From Macrostomum lignano (taxonomy: Eukaryota), in contig NIVC01002381.1 of the NCBI GenBank assembly GCA_002269645.1, positions 62,001 through 126,000 of the forward strand: a DNA stretch of 64,000 nucleotides, read 5' to 3'. Below are positions 55,060 through 64,000 of this stretch, one piece after another. Numbering within the stretch: position 1 is the stretch's first letter; every line of letters starts with the position of its first letter. The position numbers and the translations under genes are program-made. The notes below the pieces were generated by a model, which was not told the DNA's origin, ran no database searches, and saw only the letters and a program-made list of their open reading frames with translations.

Positions 55060-56025
55060 TCAAGCGCACCGGAATACCTTCTTCCTATTGCGGATCGCCA
55101 CCATGGAGCAGATGCCACTGCAGCAGTCGGAGTCGCTCTGCGCGCACTCGGTTCCGGTGGCCTTGCAGCGGTCTCGCAGGCAGGTGGAGGCGCTGTCTTA
55201 AAATGCCAATGGTTTTACATTAAATTTTAGATTTTTCGATAAGTTTAAATAATATCGAATTCTTGTTCGATAACACCTAATTGTCGAAGAAGTCATGAAA
55301 AATTAGGTTGTCTGTCATTTCGGACAGGACGACATCGCGACCAAATGTCTTTCCATCGAACACTACAATCCCCTTTGACAGCTCTAGACTGAGCTGACTG
55401 ATCCTACCCGCTGCAATCTGCTCACACTGACTGATCCTACCCGCTGCAATCTGCTCACACTGACTGATCCTACCCGCTGCAATCTGCTCACACTGACTGA
55501 TCCTACCCGCTACAATCTTCTCACACTGACTGATCCTACCCGCTGCAATCTGCTCACACTGACTGATCCTACCCACTGCAATCTGCTCACACTGACTGAT
55601 CCTACCCGCTGCAATCTGCTCACACTGACTGATTGTACCCGCTGAAATCTGCTCACACTGACTGATCCTACCCGCTGCAATCTGCTCACACTGACTGATC
55701 CTACCCGCTGCAATCTGCTCACACTGATCCTACCCGCTGCAATCTGCTCACACTGACTGATCCTACCCGCTGCAATCTGCTCACACTGACTGATCCTACC
55801 CGCTGCAATCTGCTCACACTGACTGATCCTACCCGCTGCAATCTGCTCACACTGACTGATCCTACCCGCTGCAATCTGCTCACACTGACTGATCCTACCC
55901 GCTGCAATCTGCTCACACTGACTGATCCTACCCGCTGCAATCTGCTCACTCACAGAAGTTCTTAAATGATTATGAAACTTACTGATGATGACTAATAGAC
56001 AAAATAAGAAGAACAGCAGTCTCAT
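55060..56025 (-). CDS. Knottin-like secreted peptide K4, 59 aa, 2 exons
   Basis: Exon 1 56025-55983 (MRLLFFLFCLLVII, GTAAGT donor, phase 1); exon 2 55196-55060 (TTTTAAG acceptor). Protein: MRLLFFLFCLLVIINSAST-CLRDRCKATGTECAQSDSDCCSGICSMVAIRNRKKVFRCA*. Confidence 0.82.
55394..55950. repeat. 33-bp minisatellite in the K4 intron
   Basis: Unit CTGACTGATCCTACCCGCTGCAATCTGCTCACA. Confidence 0.95.
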
Positions 56026-56527
56026 GTTTTACCAATGAGTGCGAGCAGTGCAGGAACAAGTGATCTTTTACAAACGACAGAAGCTAATTGATTGTAAACC
56101 ACTGCAGCCACATGTGCAACCATTTCTGCATGCATTAAGCTCATAATTTTTTTGCCATAGAAATGGGAAGTTCTCGCTTCTTGTTTCAGCCAGAAGCAAC
56201 ATGCAGCTATAATAACAGAAGATTCATCCAAGATGAATGAAATTCTTCTGCAGAACAAAATTCGCAAAAAGCATCAACTCTTTTAGTCGCATTGCTCTTT
56301 TTGGATGCATACAGTTAGGGGGGGGCGCGTTTCACAATCGAAAAGGTTTCTAATTTTTAATTTTTAAAAATCAAAATAAGACGTTAATTACTTAATTTCT
56401 ACTGCACAGTGTAAATAGACTATACGCTTTAAATCATTGGGACTGTAGAGCCTTCACCAATTCTGGAAGTGACTGGTGTTGTTATTGCAACAGCGTTTTA
56501 GCAATTCAGCTGTGGAGGACCCCGGCA

Positions 56528-56892
56528 TCAGGCGTTGCATGCGTCGCTACCGCAAATCGAGATTCCGTTGTACCCCAAAGCGATGCGCTCATTCGGATGT
56601 TTCGAAGACGAAACGCACATCCGAGAATGATGTTTCCGGGTCTCCGCAGCCTTTTGTAGTCCTCGTTCTCTATATCCGACCAGCCAAAACTATTCAGCTT
56701 GGCCCAGCTGAAGCAGAACGGGCAGGTTTTCAGCTCAGTCTTGATTCTTGTGGGGTTGTCGGGGGGGGGGTCAAGGCTCATGTGGTCGCACCGAGTTGGC
56801 CGCGGCGGGGCTCAGGTGGAAAACCAAAATTGCAGCAGCAGCGAAGGCAGTAGCGACACGGAACGGCTGAGCGTGGCTGCAGTCTTGGCGAA
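56528..56892 (-). pseudogene. Possible disrupted secreted Cys-rich protein with a three-finger/LU-like C-terminus
   Basis: Hydrophobic leader, in-frame TGA, then RCDH..TCPFC..IILGC, then a frameshift to ..ISICGSDACNA*. The reconstruction needs two corrections. Confidence 0.3.
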
Positions 56893-57415
56893 CTGAAATT
56901 TGTCATTTGGACGCAACTTCTTTTATCGCTAACTTTTGTGGCTAACTTTTATGTTATGACTGACTCGTTACTGGCGTAAGAAATAATAACTTGTCTAATT
57001 AATAGTGCATATTTCTCGCTCACATACGGAATAAGTTTTTTTCAGCTTAAACCATGACAAACTAATCAAACAGTAACCAACAGTAGCATGATGCGTAGCA
57101 GATCTGAAGTCTTGGCTTACCAGGTTCGGCGACTGTATAGGTCAGAAAAAGTATTTCTGAAAATGTCAATGAAGATTTGCAGGATATTAAACTTAAATTA
57201 CTTCGATTTAAATACACATGTAGATGGCGCGTGGAGTTCTGCGAATTTGTAAATTTCCCCTAATTGCGAATTGATTTTTCGAAGGCATTTTAATTTAAAG
57301 AAGATTCAAGCAAATGATTTTTTAAATAATAAATCGCAAAACTCAGACGCAATGGATTGCGCAGTACTGAAATATAATGGCCAAACACGAGTGCGCGCAC
57401 GAGTGTCTGTGGCCA

Positions 57416-57679
57416 TTATTTCAGCCCCTTACCTACTACGCAACGGCATTGTCTATAAGACACATATATAGAGGCCATTGTAATTATACTTTTTACCCAG
57501 ACGCAATAACAAAATATTTGGGCCATTATTCCACAGTTTTGATGTGTACCATAGACATTTGGATTGAAAAAATCATCGCACAGCATTTTTGTTGATAAAT
57601 ACATAACAGCAAGGAGTAAATGAACAAAAAGGAAAAAAATCATTAAAACTAAAGTACCAGCTACAGGAAAAGAGTTCAT
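57416..57679 (-). CDS. Putative 87-aa secreted 6-Cys peptide (uncertain)
   Basis: MNSFPVAGTLVLMIFFLFVHLLLA followed by C..C..CYC..CRC. The 3' half shares 14-bp motifs with the neighbouring MITE. Confidence 0.25.
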   Translation of the reverse strand: MNSFPVAGTLVLMIFFLFVHLLLAVMYLSTKMLCDDFFNPNVYGTHQNCGIMAQIFCYCVWVKSIITMASIYVSYRQCRCVVGKGLK

Positions 57680-58087
57680 TATAAATGTCACAGCTAGTGC
57701 AGGTCATCAGTTTGTAGTCGAAATTTGACAATGTGAAAATCTGTCACTCAAAGTGAAACATGCAGTACTCAAAGCCGCAGTTCCTAAAGATGCTCGACAC
57801 TTTAGCCTGATGATTTGGCACTGCAAAAGGAGTTGGTCTATTTTGAATGTTTTCTATAAAAGAGAAATACAGGTGCTCAACTATAGATGCCGAACTTACC
57901 ATTTGAAAGATGCACGTCTTGGTTGGCTTGCGACTGATAAGCTTCGTCTGATGGCCTTCTTTGGTAACGCAGTATCCAAGTTGGGATTCTTTGGGACTGT
58001 CGGCTGCTCGACTAAATCTATCGGCTGCTTTGAGTCATCGCTTATAGCCATCGAGGCGTTGAAGACTGCATGGTCGCGTTTTCTTCC

Positions 58088-58850
58088 TAGGTAGCGCTGC
58101 ACGGTTCGTTCAGTCGTCGACAGGAAGATTTTTTCCAATTAATTAGCGCGGCTGTTTGACGAGATGCACCAGTTAAAGTTGTTTGACAAGACAAATAGCT
58201 TTTTCTCTCACTACTCGCTTTTCTGTTTCTTACAAGACGCAAGCGAAACCAGCACTCATCACAGTGTGTCTATGGTCAATCTAAGACACACATCTCAGTG
58301 GTCTATGGGTAAAATAACTCTTAAAACAGCCAATTGAAGCATGATAAAAAAGTGTGGAATACCAATTGAAGCATGATAAAAAAGTGTGGAATAATGACAG
58401 CGACAATAGTGTGGAATAATGGCCGCAAAAGTGTGGAATAATGACTGCGCGCTGAGTGAAATTATAAGTACAATGCACTTGTATAGTATGCAACTGAGTT
58501 GAATACTATACAATCTACCATTATTTCAGCATAACGTAGTCTGCCGGCCATTATTTCAGCGTGCCGGAAGCGCTATTTCACACTTTTTTTATCACGCTTC
58601 AATTGGCTGTTTTGAGAGTTATTTTACCCATAGACGACTGAGATGTATGTCTTAGTTTGACCATAGACAACACTGTGATGAGTGCTGATTTCGTTTGCGT
58701 CTTGCAAGAACTCAGGAAAGCGGGTAGTACGAATGAAAGCTATTTATTTGTCTTGTCAAACAACTATGGCTGGTGCATCTCGTCGAACAGCCCCGCGCTT
58801 ATTAATTGGAAACATCTTCTTGTCGACGACTGAACGAACCGTGCGACCTA
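58088..58850. mobile_element. MITE with ~270-bp imperfect terminal inverted repeats
   Basis: 58090-58361 is the reverse complement of ~58575-58848 (e.g. GCACGGTTCGTTCAGTCGTCGAC). TA flanks both ends. Confidence 0.8.
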
Positions 58851-59245
58851 TATGCTTCAGTGAAGATGCGGGGTGAAGGATGAAGAGACACAGGAGATGC
58901 GGGTGAAGCATGGTAAGCATAATATGTCAACATTGTAAGTAAATTAGTGTGGCTTATACTAATGGCTATAGAAACAGAATTTTTTACAATGTCCATTAAT
59001 GGATTCGGAACGCGCAATTCGCTTCTTCGAGAACTGCCACTTCAAGGATTGCACGTTTCAGTTTTAATGAGCAACTGCTGATGAACAGTCTATGACTACT
59101 GGACGTGTTGCTTTTGTGCTTAATGTGTGCGTTTTCCATTGTTTAGCAATTTGACGATCATTATTCACATTTTTAATGCAGAACAATCCATTACTACAAA
59201 CAATGCATTGTCTGTAGGATCGTCAAACAGAAAAACAATGCAAAG

Positions 59246-59340
59246 AATCAGCGGTCGCAGCACGTGACAACGATTTGTCTATGGCTCGCGCCTACCGGCG
59301 CTCGCCAGACAATCGTTGTCACGCGCTGGGACCGCTGATT
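59246..59340. repeat. Strong hairpin with 34-35-bp arms and a 26-nt loop
   Basis: AATCAGCGGTCGCAGCACGTGACAACGATTTGTCT pairs with AGACAATCGTTGTCACGCGCTGGGACCGCTGATT (2 mismatches, 1 indel). Confidence 0.8.
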
Positions 59341-59914
59341 ATTTATCCATTGTTTGTTAGCTAAAATGACTATCCTTTTTCAGCGTATTCCAGAATGTTA
59401 TGTAGACTGTTTGCGATTATAAACCCCTTGTGTCAGTTAATAAATGCATAGTTAACTAATCGTCTATGGTTCAAACGCCTGCTAAAGCTGAACTAATGGC
59501 CAGTTGAGTTTGTCATTTCGCCAGCTAGGCTGTGTCTTATGGACAATGATAGATTGTGTATATGGTTTTGGAGGTAGACAATGATAAAATTTTCACGAGT
59601 GGCTATAAACATTATAGCTAGGTTTGCGTAAGGGGAGCGGTGACGTTACTGGGGAAATGTGTGATATGCATGTGACATGTTGCTGGGGAAATTGTGATGT
59701 CTCGACATACATATGTATGGACTAGTAGGCTTCCAAATTCTAATGCAGGACGCGCGGTTCACGAACATCGCATTGAATTAGGTTGCCCTCTAGAGGTTGG
59801 GTGTGGTGCCTCTGACAGCAGGAGAGCCGGGGTGTCGGAAGTTCCATCATCTGTCCGCCAGCGTCTAGCTAGATCTCTCGACGTGCCTTCGATGTCGTCC
59901 TGAACACAGAGAAT

Positions 59915-60110
59915 AACGTGGTCCTTGGTGGTTAGAGCGTCGGACTCTCGACTTGAAGGTCGGGGGTTCGATTCCCGGTCCCACTTGAACGATTTGTGCC
60001 CTTGAGCAAGACGCTTAACTCTGCATTGCTTCTGTTCACCCAGATGTGTAAAATGCGTGCCAGCTGCATTAGCTGGGGTAATTGAGGGTGTGTGGCGACC
60101 CCCCCCCCCC
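59915..60110 (+). mobile_element. tRNA-derived SINE (same family as 50225)
   Basis: TGGTCCTTGGTGGTTAGAGC A-box region, GGTTCGATTCCC B box, and the shared body TTGAGCAAGACGCTTAACTCTGCATTGCTTC. Confidence 0.75.
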
Positions 60111-60297
60111 CCAGCAGGGGTGTCGGAACCGGGGGGGCCCACTTTTTAGCATTATTCTGCAAGTGCCCTTTTTTAATTTCAAGCAAGTGTCGGCCGGTTT
60201 TCGGCTTTGGCTGATATAATAGCTCGTAGTTCAGTCGTTCTCAATCCTATTCCACTACAGTTTTTATCTAATGTGCCTAAGCCTAGCGCTTTTAGTG

Positions 60298-61024
60298 CAG
60301 AGGTCAGCAAACGTTTTACCTCTAGGGCCAGATTGAGAATAGCGCATGACTGCCCTTCTGGGTCCGCTTCGCTGGGCCCTCTAAGCAAAACGCGCGCCCA
60401 GGAGTCCGCGATGACTGCGGGCTATAGGGAGAGAGGATAGGGAATAGAGAAGAGAAATACGAGCGCAGGAGCGAGAAAGGAGAGGCGAAGGAATAAAGGA
60501 GAAGAGAGTAGACGAGAAGAAAGATAAAATAGGAGAGAGAAGGAGAGGAGAGAGAAGGGAAGGGAGAAGAGAATGGAGAGGAAACGGGAGATGAGAGGAG
60601 AGGAAACAAGAGATGAGAGGAGAGGAGAAAGAAGAGAGGAGAGGAGAAAGAAGAGAGGAGAGGAGAGGGGAGAGGTGAGATGAGAGGAGAGGAGAGAGGT
60701 GAGGAGATGAGAGGAGAGGAGATGAGAGGAAAGGAGAGATCGGAGAGGAGAGGAGAGAGGTGAGGAGATGAGAGGAAAGTAGAGAGGAGAGGAGAGGAGA
60801 GGAGAGGAGAGGAAAGTAGAGAGGAGAGGAGAGGAGAGGAGAGGAGAGGACAGGAGAATATGAGAAGAGAGAGGTGAGGGAAGAGAGCTGAGAAGAGACA
60901 CAAGCATCGAGCGGGCCGGATTGCTATTGTGAAGATTCAAAAGGACCCAAGGGCCGGATATAGAGAGGCTTTGCGGGCAGGCAACATTTGGCTCTCAGGC
61001 CGGAGTTTGCCAACCCCCGGCCTG
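60298..61024. mobile_element. hAT-type non-autonomous element with an internal GA-rich microsatellite (60425-60900)
   Basis: Ends CAGAGGTCAGCAAAC / GTTTGCCAACCCCCGGCCTG. The 8-bp flanks TTTTAGTG / TTTTAGTA are a 7/8 TSD match. Confidence 0.6.
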
Positions 61025-63326
61025 TTTTAGTATTAAGCCTTTTTTACTTTGGCATCTCTGATCAAAATCCCGAGTCCACCGCAATCCAAGATAAAAGAAT
61101 AAAGAGACAGCGCCAAGAGGAACTGATCGAAAGGCAGCCAAGAGATCCAGAAAATTACTGGTCTTGCCCTGGCAATTTTCATTCATTTTGATATGAATTA
61201 AGTTGCGCAGTTGCGCAATGTTTGAATTAGTGAAAAACATTTTTTCAAACAGTTAAAACATTTTTAGACTTTTGGCCACACCTAACACAGAATTGAATAT
61301 TGGCCTGGTTTTCACAATTAATGCCACAAAAACTGACATAACAGCAGGAGTTAGGGTGCCCTTAGATAAAAAAATAATGTGCAATGTGCCCTCCCACCAT
61401 ATAGCCCCCCACTTTGAAATATGTTCCGACACCGCTGCCCCCCAGTCCTTGGACTGAACAGCTTGGCTGAGCTTCGGTTGCACATCTGCCTATTGGTGTA
61501 GGTGTAATCAATTGTTATTATTACGCACAGAGCATTGAGATGAAACAGCCCGAGGAACGAGGAACCAGATAGAAACAGCCGAGGACAGAGTCCAATAAAT
61601 TTACGCTCGTACAGATCGAGCGTACAGTTATATCGATGACTTTTCGATGCATTGATATAAGCAAGCCGAAGCTCCAAAGTCGGATTATATATGAGTGCCA
61701 AAATTTTGACTGAGGCACGGGGCTGTGCAGAGTGTCAAAGACCGAAAAAATGAGGCAGCTTTAGACAGAATTTTAACAGGCTCATTAAGGATAGGTAGCC
61801 AAAAAGTACAGCACTCCTTTCAATTTCTGAAGCAGCAAATTGTCATTGCATGGGCCAGTAGCTAGCTTTATTTGAGTTTTCTGTCTCTACTAATGTAATG
61901 GAAATTTAATCCATAGGGTCGAACGCGACGAGACGACATTTGTTTTTCGCTTGGTCTTCGGTTTTTGATTTAAGAATTTTTCTATGAATGTCACGCGTCG
62001 TATGGTATGGTAGGCTGGTAGCTAGCTAGGCTTGCAAAAAGCAAGTCCAATGAAAGCTAGAACTAGCAGCTGTCGGCTGGCCGGTTCCAGTTCAGTTGCT
62101 GCGTTGCATTTATCATTCATGAGAGGACGTGTATGCGACCCGTGTTCCAACTCCAACACAGGCTCTTCAAGATGCCTCTAAGTAACCCTAACCCTAACTT
62201 TATGATATGTTATGTTATGATAGATGATAAGGCCTATCAAGTTTTTTTATTTTGCATTTGCTTTTTCGCTCTTTCGCTTGAAAGCTGCGAGTGGTATAAT
62301 AAAATTTATACCTACCTAGACTAGAGAATTCTTTGTATTGTAGACATAGGCCTACCTTAAAAATAGCCCAACCTAAGTAGATTTTTAACTTTTTTGATAG
62401 GGGCCTAATGATAATTTTGAATTTTATAATGTAATAAGTGCTTTAAAATTCAAGTTTCATTGTTTTATTTACTAAATTGAACCAAAATATTCATTCAATA
62501 GGCTAGGGCTCATCCCTATATATGTATGTATATAGGCCTAGGCCTATGTATAGTTTTAATACAATGTGAATTAGGCTAGGCTAATTTGGGCCTTCTATCC
62601 AACTAGACCACAAATCAATATTGTAATTTTTGGAAAATTGGCTAATTGCTTATTTTGTAACTTTTTAACATTAATTTTATAATTTTATTTGGCAATTTTT
62701 ATTTTTTCTATGTTTAATTCTTTAAAGTTTAATAATTTTTATTTTAATTAAGTACAAAATTATATAGGCTATAAAAATTTGAGAGAAACAAAGGAATGTT
62801 TCTATAACTGGTCAATGAATATAAAAAAAGAAAATAAGCTATAAATAGTTTAAAGCCAGAGAAAAAATTTAAATTGTACATAATGCAAAACTATATTGCA
62901 AGAAAGCCTCCAAATATTAAACTATGTCCACTTTTTCATTAAAGGTATGCACTTTTAAATTACCTGTGATTGTGTGTGTATGTGTGTAATAGTGATAGCC
63001 CATAATTCATGGGTTTTGTACTTTGGGTAGCGTGGCCAAATGAATATGATGCAAGAAGTGATTGCAGAGAAGAAAAAGTCACAAAGGCTTGGAAGGCCAG
63101 TGTGCACTTATATTATAGTTAAACAAACTACTAACCAGCATGATTCAGCAAACACCAAACTCTCCACCCGGCCTAGGCTGGTCTGGGCAGACAGACAAAC
63201 CCCAGCCAATCAGAACGCAAGAACACTAACCAGCGTGCAAGCTGCATACACAACAATGGGGTCTCAATTGTGACAGCCCAGTGATCCAAATCTTGCATTT
63301 CTTCCACCCACTGCATTTCTCTCCAG

Positions 63327-64000
63327 TCAACGCCAAGAAGTCAGGCTGCTCAGCAGCCCGAAGGTGCCCCAGCGCAGCTGCAGCAGCTGTCCTATCCCTA
63401 CCTCAATCTGTTCAAGGAGCTGGGCGTTGGCCAGTGGAACAGGTCAGAATGCCACGGCGGGGTGGCCTCCTACATGGACCAGACTGTCAAGTCAACTGCC
63501 TTCAGCATCCAGGGCGCGGGTCCGCCTCCAACTACATCAGCTGCCCAGGCCTGCTGGCCGCGGCCTGCAGCTGCAGTGCCGCTACCTGTACGTGCAGTTC
63601 CGGCCAGCCCGGCCGCCACTTCGTGCTGCACGTGGACCTGGCAGCGGCCGGCACCGCCGCCCCGGTGCGGCTCAGCGTCAGCAGCCTACAAGCGGCCTGC
63701 CGGCGGCGCCGCTGCCATCAAGCTGCCGTTCGTCTTCGACGCCGACGGCCGAGGCCGCCTGCTGGCCGCGCCGCCGCACGAGTCGAGGCGCCGGCGGCCG
63801 GGGCGCCCTGCCCGGAGGCGGCCCGCTGGACTCTGCTGCGTCTCGACCTGGACTGGGCGCTGCGGGTGTTCGCCGGGGTTCGCCTCGGCTGCCTGCGCGG
63901 CCTTCGGCTCTGCGCCTGCATGAGCGCCCGCGCCGTCTTTGCCGCCTCCAGGCGCTACCAGCGAACGCATCGCCCGGCTCCGAGGAGGCGCTGCCCGCGC
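63327..64000 (+). CDS. WDR90: WDR90 N-terminal CFAP20/DUF667 domain exon, with about 4 frameshifts, running off the window end
   Basis: After the CTCTCCAG acceptor, frame-corrected: YPYLNLFKELGVGQW..DQTVKSTAFSIQG..SNYI..CRYLYVQFRP..HFVLHVDL..VRLSVS..IKLPFV..RWTLLRLDL..LRLCACM, collinear with the WDR90 N-terminus. Confidence 0.8.

Noticed and set aside
55277-55390. Alternative second exon for the K4 signal peptide (..LSKGIVVFDGKTF..)
   Set aside because: It is in frame, but the acceptor lacks a pyrimidine tract and the product has no family features. The 55196 exon matches the K1-K3 architecture.

Overview
Eukaryotic (metazoan) genomic DNA with GC-rich exons and minisatellite-filled introns. 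The texture resembles a free-living flatworm such as Macrostomum, which is an inference and not a database match. From left to right the window holds: (1) a frameshifted Ty3/Gypsy LTR retrotransposon of CsRn1 type (1-4020, -); (2) a 14-exon clathrin heavy chain gene (4801-23824, +; 1674 aa once one homopolymer indel is corrected); (3) a ~8.9-kb direct tandem duplication (20821-29620 / 29621-38584) that starts inside clathrin exon 12 and copies the clathrin 3' end, a PHD-bearing DNA-transposon relic and three small two-exon genes; (4) a foldback-like element; (5) an intact 482-aa IFIT-like TPR gene (-); (6) a 7-finger C2H2 gene and a 4-exon UBXN1 gene (-); (7) SINEs, MITEs and transposon relics; (8) the frameshifted start of a WDR90/CFAP20-domain gene. 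The most notable system is mostly invisible in the ORF track: seven loci (four distinct sequences) of a family of signal peptide + phase-1 intron + knottin-like (C-C-CC-C-C) peptide genes, every one with an odd number of cysteines. They lie near the IFIT-like gene and a possible three-finger-like pseudogene. Single-base deletions in GC-rich or homopolymer tracts are frequent, so some frameshifts may be consensus errors.
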